64,000 bases of DNA from Chiloscyllium plagiosum (Eukaryota): contig NC_057719.1 of assembly GCF_004010195.1 (NCBI RefSeq), forward strand, positions 57,701,023 through 57,765,022. Direction: 5' to 3'. Within the stretch, counting starts at the first letter, position 1. Every line of letters begins with the position of its first letter. Both the position numbers and the translations under genes were made by a program. The notes beneath the pieces are model-generated. The model made no database searches, was not told the DNA's origin, and worked only from the letters and a program-made list of their open reading frames with translations. Shown here piece by piece: positions 50,759-62,959 of this stretch.

Positions 50759-53700
50759 CAGCTAGGTTGTCTTCTAGATTTTAAAACACGCAAAAATCTA
50801 TTCACAAAATTACACAATGAAACACAAAGAACAGAATAAAGAATCCCTACAGAACTCAGGCTATCCAAACTAGACCTAATTATGCTGTTCCAAATGTACA
50901 CAACAGTCCCAATAAGCAAACTCCCTTTAAAAACCAGTATAAATGGAACATATGCTTACACGTTGATGTTGAAGGGCTGAAAGAGAGAGAAAGAGTTTCC
51001 ACACAGTTCACTGTTGAACTCCTCACCAGTTCAAGACTGAACTAAAATGCTCAGCTCGAGTGCTCAGCTGACCACTCCTCTTTCGTTATACAGGTCACTT
51101 ATAAAACATGACCACTTTGGCCTGAAGTCTCATCTGTTCACATATAAACAAAAGGCCTCTCAAAATCCTTTTCATGTCTGTACCGAACCAGACTGATCAG
51201 AGCCCAGCTCGGTTTATTACCCCTGAAATAAGTCAAGGACAGAGTATCCTTGAGCCAAGGAACAGCATTTAGAAAAAAAAGGGACTAGCTTTGTGACACT
51301 ATCACATGGGGAGATATGTGGAAACAAGCTGAGAGTACTAATTTAATTATGCATGATGTAGATATAGGAAATACCATTCCAATTAAGCAACATGCATACA
51401 GGCTTAAACCTCTAAAGTTGGCACAGGTTCAAAAGGAATGCATGCTCCAAGATGACTTAATCGAAGTGAGTTGCAGTGACTGGAGCTCACCTATAGTAAT
51501 GGTGCCAAAATCAGATGATACCCAACGGTTGTGTCTGGACTATCACAAAGTTAATGCAGTTACAAAGTCTGATTCATATCTGATTCCATGTTTGGAAGAC
51601 TATATTGAAAAGGTGGTACAAGCAACTTATACTTCTAAGTTTGACTTGCTCACAGGATACTAGCATGTACCTTTATCCGTAAGAGTGAAGATAATTTTGC
51701 CTTTCGTAATGCCAGATGGACTGTGTCAAATTAAAGTCATGCCACTTGGTATGAAAAATGCGCCAGCCACACTTCAAATGCTAACCAGTAAAGTCATTTC
51801 CGGATTACCCAATTGTGTGGTTTACAATGATGACCTGGTGGATTTTAGTCACAGATGGGAAGAACATTTGCAACATTTATCAGAATTATTCAATCAATTT
51901 TGGGTTGCAGCCTCGGTTATAAACCTAGTTACGGGTAAATTTGCCAAAGCCCAAGTCATCTTCCTGGGCCATGTTATTGGACATGGACTGATGGAATGCG
52001 AAAATCAAGGTAATTGGGGAGATTCCCATGCCATTGACAAGAAGAGCAGTACTACTATTCCTGGGATTGAGTGGGTTTTATTGGAAATTCATACGGAATT
52101 TTAGCAGAGTGGCTGCTCCACTCACTGAATTGCAACAGAAAGGCAAAAGATTTTCATGCCATTTGACAGGCTGAAAGATGAGTTAACCACTACCTCGGTA
52201 TTAGCCACGCCTCATTATGCAAAGCCAGTCAAGGTGGCTATTGATGTGAGTGATGTGGGTGTCGGTGCCGTACTCTGACAGGAAGTCAATAAGAAGATAG
52301 ACCTATTGGATATTTCTCCACAAAATTGAAATTCATTAGCAGAAATATTCAACAACTGAGAAGGAGACTTTGAGCTTGGAGTTGGCATTACAACATTTAT
52401 GTTGCCGGTAATGTGCCTGAGACAATTATATGTGCTAATTCCCGTTAAAGACAAAGATTCTAGACTGGATAGATGGAGCTTATTATTACAGCTATTCAAT
52501 CTGAGAATTGTACATGTAGCAGGGTAAAAAATGTGATTGCTGATGGATTTTGAGACTTGGATGAGAAACAGAGACATTCGGTGGCAGGAGTAAACAGACT
52601 GAAATAGAATGTAGTAGTGCATGTTTGCATGGTTATAGTCAATGTAATGTACTACCAGGGTAAGACTAAGAGGTTTCAAGATGAAGCATTTTGTACATTG
52701 ATGGCTCATTTTTTTAAGGGGGGAGGTGTGATGATGATGCCCCTTTAGCAAGGATATATTGCGCTTGTTTTTTTCAAGAGGGCTCGTAAAGGCACAGGTG
52801 CCGATTTGTTTGAAAAGTGTTACTTTGAACAATGGCAAGGGTGTGGCCAGTTCTCCCAGTTCAAGTTTTTTTTTTCTAGTTTGGTTTAGCTTTAGCAGGG
52901 AGTCAAAAACAAAACTGCTGGGGACCTACAGAAGCTGCTACAGTGAAATGAAGTTCCATGCTCTAACAGATGTTTCTTGCTTGACTCTTCTCTCTGAAAC
53001 CTCTCCTGCCTATAGGAACCTGTGTTTGAATTTTGCCAAGGGGTGTATTTATGGGTTGTTGCAGGGATTGGAACAGCTTCATTAAGTTGTGTTGGTTGGG
53101 TTATCAAATAAGTTAAGTTGTTCTAAATTTTGTTTTCTTTTGTTCGTGTTTCAACCTTAGTGTGTAAATAACTTCTGTTTTGCTTGAAGCTGAGCAGTTT
53201 GACCAGGTGCATCACTCCTGGAATATCACCCTACATCCACCTTCAAAAAAATAAAAGTTAGGATCTGAGCTACCTTCTTAAAATATTTTGAGTGGGTCTG
53301 GCCTGGTCCATAACAATACTATTTGGAGTTCTCCAATTTTCTCAACTATTGACACTATAACAATTATTACAATGCCCAGGTTGACCAGTACGTAAATAAT
53401 CAAGATGTCCAATGTATGATCTTATGATAATGCATTATCCTCACTGATACAATGTTAGGCACATTAAACATTCACATCATGTGGTTATGCCGTAGCTGCT
53501 TTGTTCAACCTATTATGGATTGGATCCCCCAGTTTTATACACATCACCCTTTGAATCTCTCAGCTAATTACCAAGTTAACATTAAATGTGATTAAGTTTG
53601 GCTCATTTCATAAACCACTTTATTTTACTGCCAAATGAAATAACCAGAATCATAAATACACATCGTGTCATTTCATTCAAATAATTAATGGCGCACATTG

Positions 53701-54894
53701 CCCCAAATTCTAACTAATCTAATAGAAAATAATCCTTTAGCATTTTTCTTATATCCAAATATTCTTCTTATAAAGGTTTTTGCAGTCTCACTGTCTAGAC
53801 AGTTTAGTAAATGAAAGACACATCTACCAATTCAGATGGGTATAAAAGTGGACCGTACCAAAATACGTCCCCATATCGTTACCACCAAACATATATGGAC
53901 TCATTACTTGTTTCATTGTGTTAGGGATGTCTTGATGTCCTCATAATTACTGCTGAATTTCCTTAAACAACAGCTTAAAATAATTCATCTATGTGACACA
54001 TGTTGAAATATTTCTGTAAGTTGTTAATAAATATAAATATACAGTTTTCTCACTTTTGTTTGCACTAGATTTACATGTAAGAATAACAGAGTGGGCCCCA
54101 TATCTGAAAATAAATGACTTTAACCTTGAGAGAGAGATTAGAAGTTCCAACACTTTAGATCTTAAGGAAGATGGTTCACAAAATACGATTTCAGTCGATT
54201 CAAAACCTCGCTTATTTTCTGTAAGGGGTGAAGCAACAAGGTTTAATAGTTTAAAATAAAATATATTTACTATATGAGAATCAAACTAAGCAATCACTAT
54301 CATGTTTAACAACCTTTAATTTAAAAATCTCAGTGTAAACACACTTCAATTTTAAGTTACACATTAAATAACAAACACAATTAAGACAGATCTTAAATAT
54401 TAGCTTGACAGTCCGTCTAGCATATATATGTCATCAATCGTAGTCACAAAGTCCTTCAAAACTCTCCCTTCCTCACAAAGAATCCTTGCTCCTGCATTCC
54501 ATGGTTTTAACCTGGACTGGTTCCCTGGTGCCCACCAACCCATATTCACATGGGTGTAGTCTTCACTGAAAATTGCACAAATTCCTCAACACTGTTTACA
54601 ACAGTGATTCAGGTCTAACGATATTATGTTGAAATAATAGATAAAGCTATGTGTTTTATTCTGAGCTTCTGGATCTAGCTCTTCCTTCTGCAGCCTACCT
54701 GGACTGCATCACTGAGACCATTACCTGAGCTTTGATGACTCACTATTCTTTTTATTTGGTTTCAATCAATTTCATTTGCTCCAGAAATTTCAGTTTCCAA
54801 TCTCAATTTCAGTTTTAGTTGGATTCCCCTTTTGGTTTTACTTTTAAAATGAGGATCTATCTCAAATAATGCAATTTTTGAAACTACAATCTTT

Positions 54895-55188
54895 GGGCGG
54901 CACAGAGGTTAGCACTGCTGCCTCACAGCGACAGAGACCTGGGTTCAATTCCCACCTCAGGTGACTGACTGTGGGGAGTTTGCACATTCTCCCCGTGTCT
55001 GCGTGGGTTTCCTCCGGTTTCCTCCCACAGTCCAAAAATATGCAGGTTAGGTGAATTAGCCATGCTAGGTTGCCCGTACTGTTAGGTAAAGGGGTAAATG
55101 TTGGGGAATGGGTCTGGGTGGGTTGCGCTTTGGTGGGTCAGTGTGGACTTGTTGGGCTGAAGGGTCCACACTGTAAGTAATCTGATCT
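54895..55188 (+). mobile_element. HE1-type SINE
   Basis: gggcggcacagaggttagcactgctgcc..ggttcaattcc..tgtaagtaatct. Confidence 0.92.
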
Positions 55189-56337
55189 ACAGATAATATG
55201 ATATTGTCAGATCCCTTTTACACCTGTGGCATCATTTGACTATGCCAACAAAGGCATCCAATATGGTCTTGGAAAGAGCTGCATCTGAACAAATTGGGCA
55301 GAGATTAATAAGGCACAGCAACTATCTGTGCTAGCTTTTCATGAAGAAAATATGCAGTTCTTGAAAACAAAAGGTTTTTTCAATGATTTGGTTTTCTAAC
55401 AATTATCTTGTTGGAAAATTACTTTTAAAACATCTTTGGGACCATTCTACCGAGAGACGCTTGGATTTACTTTATATTCTTTTTCACAGGGTTGGATCAC
55501 TAGAAAATTTCAAGAAACCCCATCAACACAGGCTTTTCAGGAACTGATATGATATTCCCTTTTGACATTTAGTCTCATATTTCACCTAGATACCACCTGA
55601 GGGCCAAGATTGCAGAGATTATGACTATTTATGCATTGTAGAAACCCTTGCGACTGAAGTAGACTTTGTTGTCAGTTTGCTGTTCAGTAGCTTCATGTTG
55701 CCTCCCATATCACTGCACAGCAATGCAAAGGGGTTGTTTAAAGGCCCATGACATGCTGCGGTCTTAAATGAAAATAATATGCTGCTTCATTCTCATAATC
55801 CACTTTACAATCATCATTGAGTTTGCAGGAAAGAGAGGACAATGGCTGAGTATTATCCTTTGGGATTAGAGACTGAAAAGCAATTTTTGCATGCAGCTCC
55901 GTATGCCAAATCACTATGTGTGTTTATGGTCAATAATCTGTGATGAGGGGTTTAAAGGTAACTAGGACTCTAGTTGCCATGTCCATGGTGGACAATGTGT
56001 TAATTTTACATTAATTGCATGCAAGTTGTTGCTAATAAGTTCAAACCTGTTTCTCTATAAATAGATGCTTGCTGAAACTGTAGTTGTTGGGTTATGAGAT
56101 GCATGCTTGTAATATAAATATATTTGTAAATGTGGAAAGCTGGTTCCAGTTACATCCTTCATTAACTAACTTTATGGACTATAACATTGTGCACCAAAAG
56201 ACGAAGTGAATCATAATAGGTTAGCAGGTAAAAAGTAATATATTAAGTAACATGGGAGGAATGCACAAGGTAATGTCGGCATGTGAGGATGTTAAAGTGG
56301 AGGCAAGAGTTTTAGAGTTATGTATTCAAGTGATTGC

Positions 56338-57202
56338 TGTGACTTTAGTGGGTAACCATAGTGGAAGATGCTTCTCTGACCAGAGTAATCAAAAAAATTA
56401 GCTACGGAATTATTTCTTTAAGATCACTGTGACAGAAACTGTGGTTTCAAAGCTGTGTTTTCTGTACCAGGCCTTAACTAGAGGGAAACTGAACTTTGGA
56501 TTTGGAGGGAAACTGAGACTAGGACAAAGAACTGAAACTGAAATAGAAGCATCAATTTTTTGAAAGAACTGAAGCTGGTCAAAATCCAGAGAAGGTACAG
56601 AGCTATTGGAGATCTGATCATTCAGTGGTGAAATTCAGGCAAGCTGAGGAAAATGAAACCTGGATCTGGGAGAGTAGATAAAGGAAAACAAGATATTGTT
56701 TCAGTAATGCTAGAGGAATGACTAGACCAGACCAGCTATTTATTGCACAGGTTAATTTACGAGGGTTCAGGTAAAGATGTTTCTGAAACCCACATTGTTG
56801 TGAATGGAGCTGAGGATGATCTTGCAACTTAGTAAAGACCATACTTGTGGAGCTCAGGTGATTGGATGCTGCTGCGGGATGAGAATAAGAGGCTACATTC
56901 CCAAAGAAGGGAAGTTGGAATTTACTTGAGGGGGTCCAGAACTTTGAAGAACCTTTTGGCTGAACATAGTGCCATATCTGTTAGGAGGTGTGTGCCCAAT
57001 ATCCACGAGAACTATTTTTGCTTAATCTAGTATGTAATTCATAGGTTATAACGACTGCAATTTGCTGTTAATTCATGTTAAATTTATGTTGACTTTTATT
57101 TGATTGTTAAAATAAATGTTATAAATGTTGACCTTATGTTTTCTCAGTGGGGCTGATTGGTAAACTTTCCTTCAGCTTTGTTTGTCTCCACAGGATCATA
57201 AT
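56338..57202 (+). mobile_element. Possible old solo LTR
   Basis: Starts tgtgac, AATAAA near 57111, ends ggatcataa like the other LTR ends here; no TSD recognised. Confidence 0.3.
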
Positions 57203-58594
57203 TGCACAAAGAATGAAATGCTGCCCAGGGTGGGAAAGAAGTAAAAAAAAAGAGAAGTGCACAGTACAGTTGTCCAGTTGAAGATGTGGAACTTCTTCAG
57301 CATTGTCCTGCAAACCTGGTGGTAAGGGAGTTAAGAATCTGCCACTGCTAAGAAGCATGAGCAAAACGTTTGTACCACAGTAGCATCCACACCCAGGAAT
57401 TGGTCCAACTTCCCTTCAGTGATTTCCTCTCAGCTAAAATGTTTGAATGAGAGAAGTCATATACTCCCTTCCTTCACCTTAAAGCCATCCTCTACTTTAT
57501 CATATTAGTGTAAAAATAAAGTAAAAATATTGCTAAGACATGTAGTGAAATTATTTGAAACTACACTGAAAAAATGATATACTATTGTTCTCTTTATCTC
57601 CAGGTCTTCTGTGAAGGAACTGTCTTTCTGAAAGTTGCACAGAAGGACTAAGCAGTTCAATTGCTTAACTTACATCAATCCTATTGATATGTAAATGAAT
57701 AGACCTGAGAAATGTGAGTGCATCCCCCCTCTATAGAGACCACCAATGGGTTCAACACTTTCAAAGCAATATCAATGCAAGTCCATTTCAAAATCACAAT
57801 AGAGTTTTTTTATATTCATTCTAAAATATTTAAAATTATCTTGAGTGAACAAATTTTAGTTTGAACAGTTAGAGTTTGAGAACCTCGCTATAGCCTTAAA
57901 ACCTATTGCAATTCCTATCATGTTTTTAAAATAGAAAATGTTCCATGTCCACTATTACTGACACACTTCCATCACAAGACAGGTATCATTTATAGAAGTA
58001 ATAGCAGAATGACAAAAATCTCATTTTCAGCAAAGAACAAAGGTGTTCCCTATACTGAGGGGGCAAGCTGAGAGAGTGGAAGGGCAGGCAAAATAGCAGG
58101 GAATTGTGCAGACCAGTTCCACAGTGCAGTTTCACCGGTAATGAAGTTTACCAGCAGAAGAACTGGATATGGATTTGTTACCCACTAAACTGCTTCTCAA
58201 CAACCTCAAATAGCAATTGATTTTGATTCTGTTAATTACTTTTCAACAGTACCAAGTTTTCCCAGTCAGGCTGCGAAAACATTTGAGCTGCTGATTAGGC
58301 TGGTAGTATAAGGGGCCAACCTTAATTGAACAGCAAAATCCAGAGTTACCCAATTAAAAGGCTAAGTCTGGCAAAATTGCCGAGTCTGTCTTGCTGCCAG
58401 TAAATCACATTTGGTGATTTGGGAAGGATTTTATTACTGACATCATGCAGAAGAACAATGCGAAGTAAGTATACCATAACCTTCCCAGCCATGAAATCTT
58501 TTGTTCAGGAACAGCAGATGTCCAGAATATTTTGAGCAAAATTACTTGTACCTTGTTCCCTCGACTCATCATCAATATTTAATATAGATGAGTC

Positions 58595-59135
58595 TTAGAG
58601 TCATACAGCATGGAAACTGACCCTTTGGTCCAATCAGTCCAGGGCGAACATAATCCCAATCTAAACTAGACCCACCTGCCTACATTTGGCCGATATCCCT
58701 CCAAACCTGTCTTATTCATGCACCTATCCAAATGTCTTTTAAATGTGATAACTATGCCAACACCTATCACTTCCTCTGGAAGTTCATTCCACACACAAAC
58801 CACTCTCTGTGTTAAAAAGATCCACCTCATGTCTTATTCCTCTCATTTTAAAAATATGCCCCTAGAGAAATGAAATCCCCAACCATAGGGAAAAAACACC
58901 TTCCATTCATCTAGTCTATACTTCTCATGATTTAAAAAACCTCTATAAGGTCACCCCTCAACCTCCTATGCTCTAATAACAGAAGTCCCAGCCTATCCAG
59001 CCTCAGCCAAAATCCTGTACACCACAACATGATTTCCCAACTCCTACATTCAAAGGTCTGAGCAATGAAGGCAAGAGTGCTAAATGACTTCTTAACCACA
59101 CTGTCTCCATATGAATCAAACTTCAAAGAATTGAT
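58595..59135 (-). mobile_element. CR1 3' fragment with internal deletion
   Basis: [22 protein letters not shown]; 3' UTR agagtcatacagcatggaaac. Confidence 0.9.
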
Positions 59136-60149
59136 ATGATGTTTTATCACTGCTTATTATTTCAGGTAAATGTTTATATATCTAAGGTGCTTTCAATGAT
59201 GTTATGATTCACTTTGTGTTAGATATTCTATAATCCAGATATTATAGATATTCTATAATCCAGAAAAATTCAAAATCCAGAAATCACTTGGTCTCAAGCA
59301 TTTCAAACAGCAAAGGTTACTGTATACAAACATTACTAAGAAATACTAAAAGGATACACAATATTTCCTCATATTAACTTACTCATTTCTGGGAATAGAC
59401 TGTCCGTCAATGACGACTATAGCTGACTTGATTATAGCTCTGCCCACCCAACTTTCTGCAAGTACTCTGCTCTATTATCGAAGTCTTTTCATCTTCATCT
59501 TATGTGTTCTAATGATGCTGCCTTCTACACAAGCACTTTTCACTTCTGGGTTAAATTTATTCACAGCCATCGTGTTCAAAGTATCCAGCAGCTCATCTTC
59601 TAACAGCTGGTTCCACTTCCACTCATTGCAAGCACATTGTGCAAAATTTCCATTGTACGACATAGGATGCTGTCTGACATCAGGATGTTTTGAACATGAT
59701 ACAATTTGAAGCAAGGGGCGCATAACAAACTAAGCTTTATTAAAAAAAAATCAGCAATGAGTTAACTATTTATATAGTATATTAGGACGTGTTATTTGTG
59801 AGCCACACCCTTTCACTTCTTCTACTTTAGCATAGGTCTGACAGCATTAAAATGCAACATAATAATTAGGATCATTTATGAACTTATATTGTTTTTGCAA
59901 ACAAAAGAAATAAGGACTTTTGAATTTTATACGAAAACCGATCTGTGGAACTGCGTAGTTAATTTTCTTTTGTGACAGTAGACCATTACAAAATTTGTAT
60001 TGAGCTCTATTAATGTAGTTTTGAAAAGGGAAGAGACAATTATGTTGGCTGGAAAGAAAGAACCTCTAATTTTGGAAACCTGAACTTTAAAAATATTTTG
60101 AAAATACATATCATTTACTTGAAAAAAATGACACTTATTTTCTTTTTAC

Positions 60150-60830
60150 AACAGTTGCCAGACTCTCTGTGACATTCCAGCATCAGCAAAGTCCCTCTCA
60201 TGCTTTCCCAGCATGAACAAATTCATCACCAAAATATGGACTCAGTTATCCCGCTGCTTGCCCCATTCCCTTGCTCAATATGTCACACGTACTCCAGTTC
60301 TTTTAACTCTTTTAACTCTTGCTCTTAGCTCTAGTCTCTCTCAACTTCATCCATCTGTTCATTTATCTCTTCCAAGCTCAAATACGGACCCATCACTTGC
60401 TCTTGATTCCATTCTAACCAAACCCCTGACCATCCAACTCCCCCTCTGAACCTGATTCCCAGTTAATGTTTAAATTTTACCTTCTCAGAAAGTGTTCTCC
60501 CCCCATGCAAAACTGCCATCCCTCTCTTCTAAACATGACATCTGGCAGTCCTTGCAAATTACAATCATGTCTGGTTTTCTTTGTGTCAGATACTTGAGTA
60601 AGTTGTTATCTCCAGGTCTACACTGTCTCTCTGATAACGTTCTGTCTGAATCTCTCCAATTCATGGCCTCACTTTTTCTCAATGGTGTTACGTCTTCCAG
60701 CCCTTTAATATCTTCTCCATGAGTTTTGTTTTTTCTAAATTCAGCCATCCTGTATATTCCTCTTCTCCTCATTTCACAAGTGTTAATGATGTGTTTAGTC
60801 ACCCAGGCTTCATTCTCTGAAATTCCTTCC
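60150..60830 (+). mobile_element. Very degraded L2-like LINE fragment
   Basis: Pyrimidine-rich sense strand; SLALDSILTKPL resembles the L2 TCxLDPIP motif. Confidence 0.35.
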
Positions 60831-61729
60831 TAGAACATAGAACAGTACTGCACAGGAATGGGCCCTTTGTCCCAAGATGTCTTGACCAATATTTTAGATG
60901 CTTTTTGCACCGGTCTTTCTCATAACTTAGTCAAGGGAATAGTTTAAATAAGAATAAGTACACATTTGACATATAACAAATCATAATGTCATTAATATGA
61001 AGCATGTTTTGTGTAAACAGCCTTATTGTTTATGTCAACTTCCCTACCAACCCTAAGTCTAGGAACACCTGAGATTCAGTCTAGGCCCTCGAAATGCTTT
61101 ACTTCCTTCCTTAGTCCAAGGACTGTCTATTTCTTGTCACAACCTCTGAACCACATGCAGTCCTCATGAGGTCCCAGAATAGCTATGTTCCTTGAACCCA
61201 GGATTCCTTTGATTTGTACCTTCAGCTTTAAAATGCTTGCAATCATGGATTTGAACACAGGAATGCCTCCATATTACTCAGGCACAATGGTTATTGTTTT
61301 CATTTGAGAAAAGGCAGGACTGAATTCTGAATTGGCTTTATTGTCATGTGAACTCGAATGAGTGCAGAGAAACATTTGCAATATTGCCGCTTATGGTGCC
61401 ATCTTAGATACAAGACACCTAGTTACAGATACTTAAGTATTTGGTACAAAATTAAAAGAATAATAAATAAAAGAGTCCAGCATAAGAAAACAAAGGAAAA
61501 GAAGTAATGAATTTACAGTCCTTTCATCCTGTTCATGCCTCTGGCACTGTTCTATCTCTGTTTCAAATCCGACCTTGGATCTTATTCCATCATTGCTCTA
61601 ACTTTACTTTTAACAGTCCACTCTCAGACTTATTTTGTGCTGATCATCCATCTCCCTCTTCCCTTCCCTGTACTTCATTCAGTAAATAGCTGCCAAGTTT
61701 CCGATCAGTAAATGTTAATTCTGTAATTA

Positions 61730-62660
61730 TTTATGATATGGGCTTCACTGCTTGCCCATCCTAATTACTTTTGAGAAGGCAATAGTAAACTGCCTTCTTG
61801 AACAATTCCAACCCATGAGGTATTAAGTATGCAAACAGCATTGTTGTAAGGAAGTTTCAAGATTTTGGCATAGTGACAGCAAAGGAACAGTGTAATAGTT
61901 TCAAGTCAGGATGATGTGTGGCTGAGAGGGCGACTTGTAATTGATGGCTCCACATATTTGCAGTCACTTTCTTTTTAAGTGATAGAAGTCACGGATTTAA
62001 CAGTTGCTATCAGAGTAGCCTGAGTTAGTTGCTGCAGTGCCCTTTGTAAATGGTAGACACTACTGCCACTGTGCCTGGTGAAGTGAGTACCAATCCAGTG
62101 GGCTGTTTTGTCTTGGATAGTGTTGAGCGACTTAGATAATGGAGCTGCATGAATTCAGCTATGTAACGAGTATTTCATCACAGTTTTAACTTTTAAATAA
62201 TAGGCAGGCTTCAGGGAGACAGAAGGTGAGCGACTCATTGAAGAATTCCTAACCTCTGACTGTCATTGTAATTGCATTCATACAGCTGTTCCAGTTCTGT
62301 CTTTAGTCAGTGGTAAGCCCAGGATGTTGATAGTGGCAGCTTCCAAGATGATAATGCCATTAACTATCAAGAAAATTAAATTAAAATAACCCAATAGAAC
62401 TGTAGATGCTAAAAATCAGAAACAAGAAAATAAATTGCTGGAAAAATTCAGTAGGTCTGGCAGTATCTGTGGAGAGAAAGCAGAGTTAACGTTTTGGGTC
62501 CAGTGAGTCTTCTTCTGAAATGTTAGCTCTGTTTTCACTCCACAGATGCTGCCAGATCTGATCAGTGTTTTCAGCAATTTCTGTTAAGAAGGTTAAGTTT
62601 TCTCTTCCTGAGGGTGGTCCTTGCTCTGCACTTGTGTGGTGCAAATGTTATTTGTTACTT
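61730..62660 (-). mobile_element. Degraded 3' end of the LINE family seen at 41960-42501, with a palindromic Penelope-like insert at 62395-62585
   Basis: gcccatcctaattacttttgagaagg..aaggaacag..aagtcaggat parallels 42020-42180; insert has inverted arms gcagtatctgtggag / ctccacagatgctgc. Confidence 0.75.
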
Positions 62661-62959
62661 ATTCCAAACAAATTGGTTAAAATGGATTAACCAGTTAAAA
62701 ATATTCTATGGTTTTGTGCATTCCCTTAATTCTTAACATTTCATCTGAACGATTATTATACATAACACTATAACTGTTAAAATAAACATAGAATATAATA
62801 GTTGTGTAATAACTCCAAAAATAATCCATTAACATCTGGATATCAGAATGTACTTAAGCATTCTGAGTGGGACCCTTTATCAGAAATGACCGAAGAAAGA
62901 AAATTCATTACTTGGATTAATCAGAACAAAGAAGGAAAGAACAGATAAAAGTGAAACCA

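Larger units (their letters stand above)
48631..51298 (-). mobile_element. Antisense LTR of a related Gypsy family between IN and RT, split by a Penelope element
   Basis: Minus strand starts TGTCACAAAG at 51298 and ends gatctgggctgcctgcttaagaatgttttgagtggtctgac, similar to the host LTR 3' end but lacking the terminal ccataaca. Confidence 0.7.
44548..53315 (+). mobile_element. Complete, inactive Gmr1-like Gypsy LTR retrotransposon (gag-PR-IN-RT-RH)
   Basis: LTRs 44548-45409 and 52727-53315 (TG..CA); TSD ATAC (44544-44547, 53316-53319); PPT aaggggggagg; gag AYEFVPEAYRQGFRNL and CFHCNKVDHIESQC; protease RDTGSSQS near 47000; integrase HELPVGGHLG..CQTCHTCQ 47690-48620; RT WSSPIVMVPK..YNDDLV 51316-52000; RNase H 52100-52560. 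Confidence 0.95.
42503..59729 (-). pseudogene. Candidate decayed multi-exon gene, unidentified ARM/HEAT-like N-terminal part; putative exons 59729-59383, about 58580-58330, 57433-57255, 55334-55224, 53961-53690, 44331-44290 and about 43849-42503
   Basis: Same-strand splice signals (cttag|..|GTAAGT at 59729/59383; ttttcag|42 nt|GTGAGT at 44331/44290); coherent protein-like frames broken by stops, e.g. RPLLQIVSCSKHPDVRQH..LLEDELLDTLNTMAVNKFNPEVKSAC, EEITEGKLDQFLGVDATVVQTF, LEFDNDKYVPRTL*LQMTNFGDASVLAVFQKKWKQF. Confidence 0.5.

Noticed and set aside
54076..54888. Possible minus-strand solo LTR (TG..CA)
   Set aside because: No matching TSD or second copy in the window
59410..59709. Hydrophobic 99-aa plus-strand ORF resembling a membrane protein
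   Set aside because: Most likely the antisense shadow of the minus-strand exon, which has the splice signals
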